DNA from: an uncultured beta proteobacterium | GTDB taxonomy: Bacteria; Pseudomonadota; Gammaproteobacteria; Burkholderiales; SG8-39 | DNA: 64,000 nucleotides | Direction: 5' to 3' | NCBI GenBank assembly: GCA_963714925.1 | Contig: CAVQQK010000018.1 | Location: forward strand, 60,361-124,360 | Shown: positions 1 through 12,116 of the stretch, piece by piece | Layout: each line of letters begins with the position of its first letter | Numbering within the stretch: position 1 is the stretch's first letter | The notes under the pieces: generated by a model | Told to the model about the DNA's origin: nothing | Seen by the model: only the letters and a program-made list of their open reading frames with translations | The model's database searches: none | Position numbers and translations under genes: made by a program

Positions 1-227
1 GCGAGTACGGCGAGTTCAATCCCTGGCAGATTCCGATGGGGCAGGCGACGCCCGCGGTGCTCGCGGCGATGGGCGTGATCGTCGAGCCTGCACGCGAGGC
101 GGCTGCGGTGGCGCCGGCGGTCGATGCGGCGCTGCGCCTTGCGTTCAACGGCTACGCCGCGGCGGCGGTGCTCGTATCTCAGCGCGTGATCGGAATCAAG
201 AGTTTCCAGGAACAGGCGGCGCAATGA
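1..227 (+). CDS. 3' end of a TPP-enzyme alpha-type subunit (sulfopyruvate/phosphonopyruvate decarboxylase alpha-like); 5' end lies outside the window
   Basis: Frame is open from the window edge to TGA 225-227. The stop overlaps the next start (ATGA), typical of a two-subunit decarboxylase pair. Too little sequence for a firm family call. Confidence 0.35.
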   Translation, partial: EYGEFNPWQIPMGQATPAVLAAMGVIVEPAREAAAVAPAVDAALRLAFNGYAAAAVLVSQRVIGIKSFQEQAAQ

Positions 228-814
228 GTGCGATCCTGCATCGGCGCGACGTGGTGAGCGCGCTGCTCGACGAGCGCGGCGACCTGCTCGTCGTGGCCGG
301 TCTTGGCTCGACGGCCTGGGACTGCACTGCCGCGGGCGACCATGACCTGACCTTCCCGCTCTGGGGTGCGATGGGGCAGGCGGCGATGATGGGCCTCGGC
401 CTTGCGCTCGCGCGCCCCGAGCGGCGCGTACTGGTGGTCACCGGCGACGGTGAAATGCTGATGGGCATGAGTTCGCTGGCGACGATCGGCGTTCAGCGGC
501 CACAGAACCTGACGCTCGTCGTCATCGATAACGGGCGCTATGGCGAGACCGGCATGCAGGAAACGCACACTGCGCACGGCGTTGACCTGGCCGCGGTCGC
601 GCGCGCATCGGGCTTCGCCGATGCGCGCACCGTCAACGCAGCGGGCGAGCTCGCCGCGCTGCGCGCCATGATTCACGCGCAGCCGGGACCGAACTTCGCA
701 TCGGTGAAGGTGCGCGCGGAAAAGGTCCCGATCGAGCTGCCGCCGCGCGATGGCGCACTGCTCAAGGCGCGCTTTCGGCGCGCCCTGCTTGGCGATCCTG
801 CTGACCTGCAGTAA
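224..814 (+). CDS. Thiamine-diphosphate-binding decarboxylase beta subunit (sulfopyruvate/phosphonopyruvate decarboxylase-like)
   Basis: 196-aa ORF with TPP motif GDGEMLM...VVIDNGRYGETG. The ~190-aa size is typical of ComE-type beta subunits. Confidence 0.65.
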   Translation: MSAILHRRDVVSALLDERGDLLVVAGLGSTAWDCTAAGDHDLTFPLWGAMGQAAMMGLGLALARPERRVLVVTGDGEMLMGMSSLATIGVQRPQNLTLVVIDNGRYGETGMQETHTAHGVDLAAVARASGFADARTVNAAGELAALRAMIHAQPGPNFASVKVRAEKVPIELPPRDGALLKARFRRALLGDPADLQ

Positions 815-850
815 GCGACGTCCCGGCGCCCGGCGCCCGGTACCCGGTAC

Positions 851-1525
851 TTAGCCGATGTGCTGGCGGAAGAACGCCAGCGTGCGCTCGCGTGCGAGCT
901 TCGCGCTCGGCGCGTCGTAGGAGCCGCGCTGATCGCAATTGAACCCATGCGGGGCCGGGTACAGATGCACGGTCTGCGTCGGATGGGCCGCGGCCAGCTT
1001 TTTCACGCTCTCGACCGAAATGTGCTCGTCCTTCTCCCCGTAGTGCGCCATCACCGGGCACTTCGGCTTTTCGGCGATCGACTCGTCGGTCGTGCTGCCG
1101 CCGCCGTAGTAGGGCGCCGCGCAGGCCAGGCCCGGCAAGCGGGCGGCCGCCATCCACGTCACGTACCCGCCCCAGCAGTAGCCGACGATGCCGACCTTGC
1201 CCCCTTCGGCCGCTGCCTTGATCGCGGCCTCGGCGTCGAGCAAGGCAGGTGCGATGGCCGCCTTGTCCTTGAGCGCGCGGCCCTTGGCGATGTCGTCCGG
1301 CGTGTAGCCGACATCGAAGTTGCGTTCGAGCCGGTCGTAGAGCGCCGGTGCGATGGCGAGATAGCCATCGGCCGCGTAGCCGTCCGCGACCGACCGGATA
1401 TGACTGTTGACGCCGAAGATCTCCTGGATCACGACGACGGCCCCGCGCGGCGTGCCGGCGGGGTCGGCGCGGTACGCAGACAGCTTGTGCCCGTCGCTGG
1501 CGACGAGTTCGATGAACTTGCCCAT
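851..1525 (-). CDS. Dienelactone hydrolase family protein (carboxymethylenebutenolidase-like)
   Basis: 224-aa ORF. N-terminus VVVIQEIFGVN and nucleophile-elbow context GYCWGG are typical of the DLH family. Confidence 0.8.
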   Translation of the reverse strand: MGKFIELVASDGHKLSAYRADPAGTPRGAVVVIQEIFGVNSHIRSVADGYAADGYLAIAPALYDRLERNFDVGYTPDDIAKGRALKDKAAIAPALLDAEAAIKAAAEGGKVGIVGYCWGGYVTWMAAARLPGLACAAPYYGGGSTTDESIAEKPKCPVMAHYGEKDEHISVESVKKLAAAHPTQTVHLYPAPHGFNCDQRGSYDAPSAKLARERTLAFFRQHIG

Positions 1526-1640
1526 GATGTTCTCCTCCGTGAGTACAGCGGCTTGAACGGCACGTATTCTACTTGGCTACTTGAGCGGTCGAGCGACCTG
1601 GCCGCTCGGCCGCGTAGGCTGCGCGAGTAGAATCGCGCGC

Positions 1641-2645
1641 ATGAAAATGCGATCTGTGGCGCTGCTCGAGCTCGCGCGCCGTGCACTCGAGCGCGCCGGC
1701 GCGCGCGCGGCGATGGCAGAAGGCGCGGCACGCCACCTGGTGCAGGCCGAGGAACAGGGTTTGCCGACGCATGGCCTATCGCGCGTGCCCTTCTATTGCG
1801 CGATGCTGAGGAACGGGCGCGCCGACGGTGAGGCGAGGCCGGTGCTGGCGTCCGAGCGCGGCGCGGTCTGCCTCATCGACAATCGCGACGCGCTGCCCTA
1901 CGAGGCCTGTGCCTGGGCGATCGATGAGATCATCGTGCGTGCCCGGCGCAACGGGATTGGATTTGCGGGGATTACCGCCAGCGGCCACGTTGGCGTGCTC
2001 GGCATCCACCTGCTGGCGGTGGCGCAGGCCGGCCTGGTCGGCTTTGCCTTCACCAATACGCCCGCCGCGATCCCGGCCTGGGGCGGGCGCAAGGCGCTGT
2101 TCGGCACCGACCCGGTGGCCGCAGTGTTTCCGCGCGCCGACGCGGACCCGCTGGTCATCGATCTCGCGCTGACCACCGTGATTCGCGGCAAGATCATGCT
2201 CGCGGCACAGAAGGGCGAGCGGATCCCGGAAGGCTGGGCGCTCGATCGCGACGGCAAACCGACCACCGACCCGACCGAAGCCATCGAGCACGGCACGATG
2301 TTTCCGATCGGTGGCGCAAAGGGTGCGATGCTGGCGCTCATGTTCGAGCTGATCTGTACCGCGCTGACGGGCGCGGCAATCGGTCCCGAGGCGGATTCGT
2401 TCTTCGCCGAGCAGGGCAACCGTCCGCGGGTCGGACAGGCCTTCGTCGCCATCGACCCGGGTGCGCTCGCGGGGCGTGACCGGTATTTCGAGCGCGTCGA
2501 AACCGTGGTCACCGCGATGCTGGCCGATCCCGGAGTGCGCCTGCCCGGAGCACGGCGCTTTGACGGCGCGCGCCGCGCCGCCGCCGAAGGCATCGACGTC
2601 GCGGACGACCTGCTCTCGAGGATCGAAGCGCTCGCGGCAGGATGA
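1641..2645 (+). CDS. Ldh family oxidoreductase (type-2 malate/L-lactate/sulfolactate dehydrogenase family)
   Basis: The ORF 1581-2645 frame resembles the Ldh_2 family (HGLSRVPFY, GHVGVLG, GGAKG). Start placed at ATG 1641 (MKMRSVALL). Confidence 0.75.
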   Translation: MKMRSVALLELARRALERAGARAAMAEGAARHLVQAEEQGLPTHGLSRVPFYCAMLRNGRADGEARPVLASERGAVCLIDNRDALPYEACAWAIDEIIVRARRNGIGFAGITASGHVGVLGIHLLAVAQAGLVGFAFTNTPAAIPAWGGRKALFGTDPVAAVFPRADADPLVIDLALTTVIRGKIMLAAQKGERIPEGWALDRDGKPTTDPTEAIEHGTMFPIGGAKGAMLALMFELICTALTGAAIGPEADSFFAEQGNRPRVGQAFVAIDPGALAGRDRYFERVETVVTAMLADPGVRLPGARRFDGARRAAAEGIDVADDLLSRIEALAAG

Positions 2646-3568
2646 CGCCGGCGATCGACGCCGCCGACGGCGGCCTGCTCGATGCGTTCTGCGACGCGCT
2701 GTGGCTCGAGGACGGCCTCGCACGCAACTCGATCGAGGCCTACCGTCGGGACCTTGAGCAGTTGTCGCGCTGGCTTGCGCGCGAGCGCGCCGGCGGTCTG
2801 ATCGCGGTCGACGAAGCGGCGTTGCATGCCTTCCTCGCCGCGCGCCACCGCCGAGGTCCGGGGGTCCGCACGCCGCGCAGCGCGAGCGATGCCCGCCTGC
2901 TCTCGAGCCTGCGCCGCTTCTACCAGTACTGTCTGCGCGAGCGCCGCGTCGCAAACGATCCGACGCTGCGGCTCGAACCGCCGAAGCGCACGCCGCGCTT
3001 TCCGAAAATCCTTTCCGAGGCCGACGTCGAAGCGCTGCTCGCAGCGCCTGACGTGACGCACCCGCTCGGTCTGCGCGACCGGGCGATGATTGAAACGCTC
3101 TATGCCTGCGGGCTGCGGGTGTCCGAGCTCACTGCGCTGAAGACGGTCGAGGTAAACCTCGACGCAGGCGTCGTGCGCGTGTTCGGCAAAGGGTCCAAGG
3201 AACGGCTCGTGCCGCTCGGCGAGGAAGCCGTGGGGTGGATCGAGCGCTACCTGCGCGAAGCGCGCCCGATGCTCCTCAGGCGCACGAATTCAGCAGCGCT
3301 TTTCGTCACCGCGCGCGGCGCGGCGATGACGCGCCAGGCGTTCTGGCATCTCATTCGCCGTTACGGCGCGCGCGCGATTCCCGGCAAGGCGCTCTCGCCG
3401 CACGTGCTGCGCCACGCGTTTGCAACCCATCTCATCAACCATGGCGCCGACCTGCGGGTGGTGCAGATGCTGCTCGGCCACACCGACATCTCGACGACGC
3501 AGATCTACACCCACGTGGCGCGCGAGCGGTTGAAGGCGCTGCACGCGAAGCACCATCCGCGCGGATGA
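2642..3568 (+). CDS. xerD: Site-specific tyrosine recombinase XerD
   Basis: 308 aa with an N-terminal SAM-like domain (LWLEDGLARNSIEAYRRDL) and catalytic C-terminus (HVLRHAFATHL...LGHTDISTTQIYTHV). Housekeeping context. Confidence 0.9.
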   Translation: MTPAIDAADGGLLDAFCDALWLEDGLARNSIEAYRRDLEQLSRWLARERAGGLIAVDEAALHAFLAARHRRGPGVRTPRSASDARLLSSLRRFYQYCLRERRVANDPTLRLEPPKRTPRFPKILSEADVEALLAAPDVTHPLGLRDRAMIETLYACGLRVSELTALKTVEVNLDAGVVRVFGKGSKERLVPLGEEAVGWIERYLREARPMLLRRTNSAALFVTARGAAMTRQAFWHLIRRYGARAIPGKALSPHVLRHAFATHLINHGADLRVVQMLLGHTDISTTQIYTHVARERLKALHAKHHPRG

Positions 3569-4053
3569 GCCGCCCGAGCCAGAGCGAGACGCCGGCCACG
3601 CAGTTTCTGCGCCGGCATGGCGTCGAATACACGGCGCACGTCTTCGAGTACGTCGAGCACGGCGGCACCGCGCGCGGTGCCGAGCAACTCGGGGTGCGCG
3701 AGCACGAAATCGTGAAGACCCTCATCATGGAAGACGAGCGCGCGCGGCCGCTGGTCGTGTTGATGCACGGCGATCGCACGGTTTCGACGAAGAACCTCGC
3801 GCGCCAGACGCAGCGCAAGCGCATCGTCCCCTGCGCGCCCGCGGTGGCGCAGCGCCATTCCGGCTACCCGCTCGGGGGCACCTCGCCGTTCGGCCTGCGC
3901 AAGCCGCTGCCAATCTACATGGAGCGCTCGATCCTGGCGTTGCCCGCGATCTACATCAACGGCGGGCGGCGCGGATTTCTCTTGCGCCTCGCGCCGCAGG
4001 CGCTCGAGCGCAGTCTGGCGCCGGTGCTGGTCGAGGTCGCGCTGGCCGACTAG
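3565..4053 (+). CDS. ybaK: YbaK/EbsC-type Cys-tRNA(Pro) deacylase
   Basis: Start ATG 3565 overlaps the xerD stop (ATGA). Sequence FLRRHGVEYTAHVFEY...VKTLIMEDE...GGTSPFG matches the YbaK family. Confidence 0.8.
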   Translation: MSRPSQSETPATQFLRRHGVEYTAHVFEYVEHGGTARGAEQLGVREHEIVKTLIMEDERARPLVVLMHGDRTVSTKNLARQTQRKRIVPCAPAVAQRHSGYPLGGTSPFGLRKPLPIYMERSILALPAIYINGGRRGFLLRLAPQALERSLAPVLVEVALAD

Positions 4054-4078
4054 GCGTCGGCCGTACGACCCGGCGCGC

Positions 4079-4429
4079 TCAGCCCCTGCGTTCGACCGTG
4101 ACGCCGACCAGGCCGGCGTTTTTCATCACGCCGAGCTTGGCGACCGAGACGCGCGCCGAGGACGCACCGAATTCGCCGATCAACAGTTGCGCAATCCGCT
4201 CGGCGACCGTCTCGACCAGATTGAAATGTCCCTCGCCGAGCAGGGCGCGGACGCGCTCGACGATCTTGTCGTAATCGATGCAATCGGACACCCGGTCGCT
4301 CGCGAACACCGTGTCGCCCGCAATGCCGATCTCGAGATCGAGCCGCAGGGTCTGCGCAGCGTGTCGCTCGCGCTTGTGAAAGCCCACGCGCGCGTCGACG
4401 CGCAGGTCGCGAATGAAGATGTGATCCAT
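4079..4429 (-). CDS. folB: Dihydroneopterin aldolase
   Basis: 116 aa, MDHIFIRDLRVDARVGFHKRER...DYDKIVERV, a typical FolB. Adjacent to plsY as in many proteobacteria. Confidence 0.85.
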   Translation of the reverse strand: MDHIFIRDLRVDARVGFHKRERHAAQTLRLDLEIGIAGDTVFASDRVSDCIDYDKIVERVRALLGEGHFNLVETVAERIAQLLIGEFGASSARVSVAKLGVMKNAGLVGVTVERRG

Positions 4430-4477
4430 GGTTCGGCTGCATTATAGAGAGCCGCGGGCGCGTAGAATCGCTCTTCA

Positions 4478-5137
4478 ATGCAAACCGCGCTGATCATGCT
4501 CGCGGCCTATCTGCTCGGCTCGGTGTCCTTCGCCGTCGTCGTCAGCAGGGCGATGGGGCTGCCCGATCCGCGCAACTTCGGCTCGAAAAATCCCGGCGCG
4601 ACCAACGTGCTGCGCTCGGGCAGCAAGCCTGCGGCGGCGCTGACTCTGATCGGGGACGCCGGCAAGGGCGCGGTCGCGGTGGCACTCACCGTGCTCTACA
4701 CCGGAGAAAGCCCGATTTTCGGTGTCGATGCGCCGCTCGCGGGTGCGATGGCATTCCTCGGCCACCTCTATCCCCTGTATCACGGCTTTCGCGGCGGCAA
4801 GGGCGTGGCGACCGCGGCGGGCGTGTTGTTCGCGTTCCACCCGCTGCTCGGACTGGGGACGCTGGCGACATTCGGCATCATGGTCGCGTTCTTTCGGACC
4901 ATCTCGCTCGCCTCGATCGTTGCGGCGGCGTTCGCGGTGTTCTGGGCCTGGTTTCTGTTCGGCCTGGTGCCGGTCACGCCAGCCGTCGGTGCCATCGCGC
5001 TGATGCTCGTCTGGCGCCACCGCGCGAACATCGCCCGCTTGTTCGCCGGCACCGAGCCGCGCATCGGCGCGAAGCCGGATGCTATCGACCCCGGGGCTAA
5101 CGCAGCGTCGCAAGATCCCAGCGCGGACGCACACTGA
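4478..5137 (+). CDS. plsY: Glycerol-3-phosphate acyltransferase PlsY
   Basis: 219 aa membrane protein with the [14 protein letters not shown] signature. Confidence 0.9.
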   Translation: MQTALIMLAAYLLGSVSFAVVVSRAMGLPDPRNFGSKNPGATNVLRSGSKPAAALTLIGDAGKGAVAVALTVLYTGESPIFGVDAPLAGAMAFLGHLYPLYHGFRGGKGVATAAGVLFAFHPLLGLGTLATFGIMVAFFRTISLASIVAAAFAVFWAWFLFGLVPVTPAVGAIALMLVWRHRANIARLFAGTEPRIGAKPDAIDPGANAASQDPSADAH

Positions 5138-6161
5138 AGCCGTGCCCGGCGGGAGGGCTGCGTTCGGGCGCGCGATCCTGCAAGCGCAGCGCGCCCGCGA
5201 ACGCGATCATCGCCCCGTTGTCGGTGCACAGCGCGGGCTCGGGATAGAACACATCGAAGCCGCGCCGTGCGCCCTCGGCATCGAGCGCGGCGCGTAGCGA
5301 GCGGTTGGCGCCAACGCCGCCCGCGACCACGAGTCGTCCGAGACCCGTGGTCTCGATCGCCTGCGCGCACTTTGCGACCAGGACCTCGACCACGGCGTCC
5401 TGAAAGGCGCGCGCGATATCGGCCCGCGTCGGCGCCTCGAGGGGCGATTCGTTCGGCCTGGCATCGCGCACGAGGAGGGAAACGGCGGTTTTCAGCCCGG
5501 AGAAACTGAAATCGAGGTCGCCGCTGTGCAGCATCGGGCGCGGCAACCGGTGGCGGTTCGGCCTGCCCTGGTCCGCGAGATTCGACAGCGCCGGCCCGCC
5601 CGGGTAGCCCAGACCGAGCAGCGTCGCGGTCTTGTCGAAGGCTTCACCCGCGGCGTCGTCCTGCGTCTCGCCGAGCAAGGCGTAACGCCCAACCCCGTCG
5701 ACGCGCATGAGCTGCGTGTGGCCGCCCGAGACCAGCAGGGCCGCGAAGGGAAACGCCGGCGCGCGGCGCGCAAGCAGCGGCGAGAGCAGATGCCCCTCGA
5801 GGTGATGGATGCCGATCGCCGGCACCGCGCGGGCGAGGGCGAACGCATGTGCGAACGACGCCGCCACGAGCAAGGCGCCGGCGAGGCCGGGGCCTTCGGT
5901 ATAGGCCACGGCATCGATGTCCTCGATCCGCCGCCCGGTGCGCACGAGCAGTTCGCGCGTCAGCGGCACGATGCGCCGCACATGGTCGCGCGAGGCGAGC
6001 TCCGGGACCACACCGCCATAGTCCGCGTGCATGGCGGCCTGCGAGTGCAGGACGTGACCGAGGAGGCCGTCGGCGGCCGGCGCGCCGCGCGCGAGCACTG
6101 CGGCGTCGTAGAGGGCCACGCCGGTCTCGTCACAGGAGGTCTCCAGGCCGAGGATCAGCAT
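5097..6161 (-). CDS. tsaD: tRNA N6-adenosine threonylcarbamoyltransferase TsaD
   Basis: [19 protein letters not shown]-terminus and a conserved Kae1/TsaD body. Start placed at the internal Met (6161); the ORF extends to 6197. Divergent from rpsU as in E. coli. Confidence 0.9.
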   Translation of the reverse strand: MLILGLETSCDETGVALYDAAVLARGAPAADGLLGHVLHSQAAMHADYGGVVPELASRDHVRRIVPLTRELLVRTGRRIEDIDAVAYTEGPGLAGALLVAASFAHAFALARAVPAIGIHHLEGHLLSPLLARRAPAFPFAALLVSGGHTQLMRVDGVGRYALLGETQDDAAGEAFDKTATLLGLGYPGGPALSNLADQGRPNRHRLPRPMLHSGDLDFSFSGLKTAVSLLVRDARPNESPLEAPTRADIARAFQDAVVEVLVAKCAQAIETTGLGRLVVAGGVGANRSLRAALDAEGARRGFDVFYPEPALCTDNGAMIAFAGALRLQDRAPERSPPAGHGFSVRPRWDLATLR

Positions 6162-6241
6162 GGCGGCCGATTCTACGGGGACTGGCGGCGGCTTCACCGA
6201 AGCGGCTATAATCCGCCCCTTTTCAGCGACCTGGAGACTGG

Positions 6242-6454
6242 ATGACGACCGTTCGTATCAAGGAGAACGAGCCGTTTGAAGTGGCCCTGCGCCGGTTCAA
6301 GCGCACGATCGAAAAGACCGGGCTGCTCACCGAACTGCGCGCGCGCGAGTTCTACGAGAAGCCGACCACCGAGCGCAAGCGCAAGCTTGCAGCGGCGGTG
6401 AAGCGCACCCACAAGCGGCTGCGCAGTCAGACGCTGCCGCCGAAGATGTACTGA
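6242..6454 (+). CDS. rpsU: 30S ribosomal protein S21
   Basis: 70 aa, [29 protein letters not shown], a near-canonical S21. Confidence 0.95.
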   Translation: MTTVRIKENEPFEVALRRFKRTIEKTGLLTELRAREFYEKPTTERKRKLAAAVKRTHKRLRSQTLPPKMY

Positions 6455-6484
6455 GCGGCGCGACGCAGCACGCCACGTCTCAGG

Positions 6485-6526
6485 ACGCCCCGGCAGAGGG
6501 ACTAACGCCGGGGCGTTCGTGTTTTT
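6485..6526 (+). terminator. Rho-independent terminator after rpsU
   Basis: Stem ACGCCCCGGC / GCCGGGGCGT with a 12-nt loop, followed by TCGTGTTTTT. Confidence 0.6.
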
Positions 6527-6578
6527 GCCGCGATCGCCGACCCACCACCCAGGCAGCCCTTCGGACTTTGACAGACCT

Positions 6579-7025
6579 ATGTCACTCAAAACACGCGTCA
6601 CCGACGACATGAAGGCCGCCATGCGGGCAAAAGACGCACCGCGCCTGTCGGCAATCCGGCTCCTGCTCGCGGCGATCAAGCAAAAGGAAATCGACGAGCG
6701 CATCGAACTAGACGACGCGCAGGCACTGGCGATCGTCGAGAAGCTGCTCAAGCAGCGCCGCGAATCGATCGCCCAGTTCACCCAGGCCGGGCGCGACGCG
6801 CTTGCCGCCGCGGAGCGCTTCGAGGCGGGTGTGCTCGAAGCCTACCTTCCGGCACAGCTGAGCGAAGCGGAGGTCGGCGACGCGATCGATGCAGTCATCG
6901 CCGAAACGGGGGCCGCGGGCGCCAAGGACATGGGGCGGGTGATGGCGGCGCTCAAGGCCCGGCTGTCAGGCCGGGCCGACATGGGCGCGGCCTCGGCGCG
7001 CGTGAAAGCCAGGCTCGCGGGCTGA
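6579..7025 (+). CDS. GatB/YqeY domain-containing protein
   Basis: MSLKTRVTDDMKAAMRAKDAPRLSAIRLLLAAIKQKEID is typical of YqeY. Sits in the rpsU-yqeY-dnaG-rpoD order. Confidence 0.85.
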   Translation: MSLKTRVTDDMKAAMRAKDAPRLSAIRLLLAAIKQKEIDERIELDDAQALAIVEKLLKQRRESIAQFTQAGRDALAAAERFEAGVLEAYLPAQLSEAEVGDAIDAVIAETGAAGAKDMGRVMAALKARLSGRADMGAASARVKARLAG

Positions 7026-7050
7026 GCCCTTACACTAACGGGATCCGCGC

Positions 7051-8802
7051 GTGATCCCCGATAGCTTCAAGCAAGATCTCCTCAATCGCGTCGACGTCGT
7101 CGACGTGGTGTCGCGCTACGTCCAGCTCAGGAAGGGCGGGGCGAACTTTCTCGGTCTGTGCCCGTTTCATAGCGAGAAGTCGGCGTCGTTCACCGTCAGC
7201 CCGGCGAAGCAGTTCTACCACTGCTTCGGCTGCGGCGCGCACGGCGATTCCATCGGATTCCTCATGGCCTACGCCGGGCTCGGCTACGTCGATGCCGTAC
7301 GCGAGCTGGCCGCCTCGGTCGGCATGCAATTGCCCGAGACGCGACCGCGCACGCGCGAGGAAGCGGCGCGCATGGAGCGCGAGGTTGATCTTTACGCGTT
7401 GCTCGAGCAGGCGATGAATTTTTACCGAGGCGAGCTGAAGAATTCGCGCCGCGCGATCGACTATCTGAAGGGGCGCGGGCTGACCGGGGAAATTGCGGCG
7501 CGATTCCGGGTCGGTTATGCGCCGGACGACTGGCAGGCCCTGCGTGCGGCGTTTCCGGAGTACGAGAATCCTGCGCTCGTCGAGGCCGGACTGGTGATCG
7601 AGAACGAGGGCAAGCGCTATGACCGCTTTCGCGACCGGGTCCTGTTTCCGATCTTGTCGAATCGCGGCGCCGTGATCGGATTCGGCGGGCGCGTGCTCGG
7701 CGATGGCGAACCGAAGTATCTCAATTCGCCCGAGACGCCGGTCTTCGAGAAGGGGCGCGAACTCTACGGCATCGTACAGGCGCGCGAAGCGATCCGCCTG
7801 GCGGGCCGGGCGCTGGTCGTCGAGGGCTACATGGACGTTATCTCGCTCGCGCAGCATGGCGTCGGCTATGCGGTCGCGACGCTCGGCACGGCGACCACGC
7901 CGTCTCAGGTATCGCGCCTGCTGCGCCTGGCTGACGAGGTGGTGTTTTGTTTTGACGGGGACGCGGCCGGGCGCAAGGCGGCCTGGCGTGCGCTTGAAGT
8001 CAGCCTTCCACTCGCGCTCGACCACAAGCCGATTCGGTTCCTGTTTCTGCCGCAGGGCGACGATCCCGACACCCATATCCGGGCGCACGGCGCCGAGGCC
8101 TTTGAGCGCGCGGTGCGCGAGGCGCAGACGCTTTCGGGTTTTCTGCTCGCCGAACTGCGTGCGCCGGCCGATCTCGCGACGCCCGAGGGCCGATCGGGGC
8201 TGCTCTCCGCGGCGCGTCCGCACCTGCAGCGCACGGAAGCCCCGGCGCTGCGCCTGCAGTTGGTGAAGGAGATCGCCACGCTGGCGCGCGTATCGCAGGA
8301 GGAGGCCGAGCAGTTGCTCGGGCTCGCGGCGCCAAGTGCGCCACGGCGTTCGGCGCCGCGCCGGGCGGCACCGCCGATTGCCGCGACGCAGGAGCGGAAC
8401 CTGCTGCGCTGCGTGCTGGTCAATCCGGCGTTGGTGCGCGATCTCGAAGCCGAACTGCTCGATACGCGCATGCCCGAGAGTGCGGCATTGCAGGCAATCG
8501 CCGAATCGGCGGTCGATGGAGGGGCGATGAGCGTCGCGGTGCTGATCGACCGGTTCCGGGACAGCGTGCATGCCGAGGTGCTTTACCAGGCGCAGGCCTC
8601 GGCGCTCGAACAGGGCCTGAGTGACGACGACGCGGAGCGGCAGTTCCGGCAGATTCAGCTTGCGCTCCGAATCCAGCGCAGGCACGAGGAGTTCGACGCC
8701 CTCAAGCGTGAGGTGGCGGACGGGCGCGCAAGCCGCGACCTGATGCTGGAGCTCGACCGGCGCGCGAAGGAGCTGGCCGAACTGAAGTCGCAGCGTCTGT
8801 AA
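7051..8802 (+). CDS. dnaG: DNA primase
   Basis: 583 aa with zinc ribbon CPFHSEKSASFTVSPAKQFYHCFGCGAHG and a TOPRIM region (VVEGYMDV). GTG start. Confidence 0.95.
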   Translation: MIPDSFKQDLLNRVDVVDVVSRYVQLRKGGANFLGLCPFHSEKSASFTVSPAKQFYHCFGCGAHGDSIGFLMAYAGLGYVDAVRELAASVGMQLPETRPRTREEAARMEREVDLYALLEQAMNFYRGELKNSRRAIDYLKGRGLTGEIAARFRVGYAPDDWQALRAAFPEYENPALVEAGLVIENEGKRYDRFRDRVLFPILSNRGAVIGFGGRVLGDGEPKYLNSPETPVFEKGRELYGIVQAREAIRLAGRALVVEGYMDVISLAQHGVGYAVATLGTATTPSQVSRLLRLADEVVFCFDGDAAGRKAAWRALEVSLPLALDHKPIRFLFLPQGDDPDTHIRAHGAEAFERAVREAQTLSGFLLAELRAPADLATPEGRSGLLSAARPHLQRTEAPALRLQLVKEIATLARVSQEEAEQLLGLAAPSAPRRSAPRRAAPPIAATQERNLLRCVLVNPALVRDLEAELLDTRMPESAALQAIAESAVDGGAMSVAVLIDRFRDSVHAEVLYQAQASALEQGLSDDDAERQFRQIQLALRIQRRHEEFDALKREVADGRASRDLMLELDRRAKELAELKSQRL

Positions 8803-8901
8803 CGACGAACGTGCTGGAGGACGGCGCGATTATTGATATACTTCACGGTTTTCCCGGCAATCCGCAATCGGGCGGGAAACCGGGCGTAACGCGAGGCGAG
8901 A

Positions 8902-11415
<2,514 letters not shown>

Positions 11416-11435
11416 TCGTCGACGGGGTGTCGAGC

Positions 11436-11463
11436 GGGCCGCGTAAGCGGCCCTTTTGATTTG
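11436..11463 (+). terminator. Rho-independent terminator after rpoD
   Basis: GGGCCGC-GTAA-GCGGCCC hairpin followed by TTTTGATTT. Confidence 0.6.
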
Positions 11464-11480
11464 CGGAGTACCGCAGCCTG

Positions 11481-12080
11481 TTGGGGGAGTGCACGCAGAT
11501 GCAGAAGGTGATCGATTACTACTTTTCGACTTCCTCGCCGTGGACCTATCTCGGTCACGCACGATTTGGCGAGATCGCGCGGCGACACGGCGCGACCGTC
11601 CGCGTTAAACCGGTCGACTATGGCGTCATCTTTCCACAGTCGGGCGGCCTGCCGCTGCCAAAGCGTGCGCCGCAGCGCCAGGCCTACCGCTTGGTAGAGT
11701 TGGCGCGCTGGGCCCAGCATCTCGGCGTGCCGATCAACAGTCAGCCGAAGTATTTTCCGGTGGACGGCAACCCCGCGGCCTGCCTCATCCTCGGCGCCCC
11801 GGAGGCGGCGCGCTTTGCGCTTGCGGGCGCTGTGCTGTCGGCGCTTTGGACCGGGGAGGCGAACATCGCCGATGCGCAGACGCTTGCGCAACTCGCTGCG
11901 CAGCACGGCGTCGCGAACGCGAACGCGGCGATCGAGGCGGGCGGGCATGCGTTCCCGGCATTGACCGAAGAGGCGCGCGCACGCGGGGTATTCGGCGCGC
12001 CGACCTATGTCTACCGCGACGAACTGTTCTGGGGGCAGGACCGGCTCGATTTCGTTGACCGCGCGCTCGGTCGCGGGTAG
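11481..12080 (+). CDS. DsbA-family 2-hydroxychromene-2-carboxylate isomerase-like protein
   Basis: IDYYFSTSSPWTYLG N-terminus and FGAPTYVYRDELFWGQDRLDF C-terminus are typical of the HCCA isomerase/DsbA family. The start could be 11499. Confidence 0.75.
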   Translation: MGECTQMQKVIDYYFSTSSPWTYLGHARFGEIARRHGATVRVKPVDYGVIFPQSGGLPLPKRAPQRQAYRLVELARWAQHLGVPINSQPKYFPVDGNPAACLILGAPEAARFALAGAVLSALWTGEANIADAQTLAQLAAQHGVANANAAIEAGGHAFPALTEEARARGVFGAPTYVYRDELFWGQDRLDFVDRALGRG

Positions 12081-12116
12081 AAGAGATCGACGAGCAACCC
12101 GCCGCAAAGGGCCACG

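Noticed and set aside
822-849. Four tandem heptamers (CCCGGCG CCCGGCG CCCGGTA CCCGGTA) between two convergent genes.
   Set aside because: This is a very short low-complexity stretch in a 36-bp convergent gap. There is no convincing hairpin/T-tract terminator or other function, so it is probably slippage noise.
1776-3061. Large antisense ORFs (1776-2954, 1898-3061), and similar ones at 7030-8685, 10117-11562, 34089-36281, 37889-39220, 41307-42671, 44698-45717, 45677-46879, 48513-49562, 53213-55228, 55123-56166, 59260-60306, 60759-61853 and 62237-63214.
   Set aside because: They lie opposite well-supported conserved genes (ldh/xerD, dnaG, rpoD, recG, ubiD, groEL, hemA, argH and others). Their Arg/Pro/Ala/Gly-rich compositions are typical of stop-poor antisense frames in GC-rich DNA.
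2642-3568. Tyrosine recombinase as a possible integrase of a mobile element.
   Set aside because: The sequence and size match housekeeping XerD. It is embedded in core genes with an ATGA overlap to ybaK, and no att repeats or cargo are adjacent.
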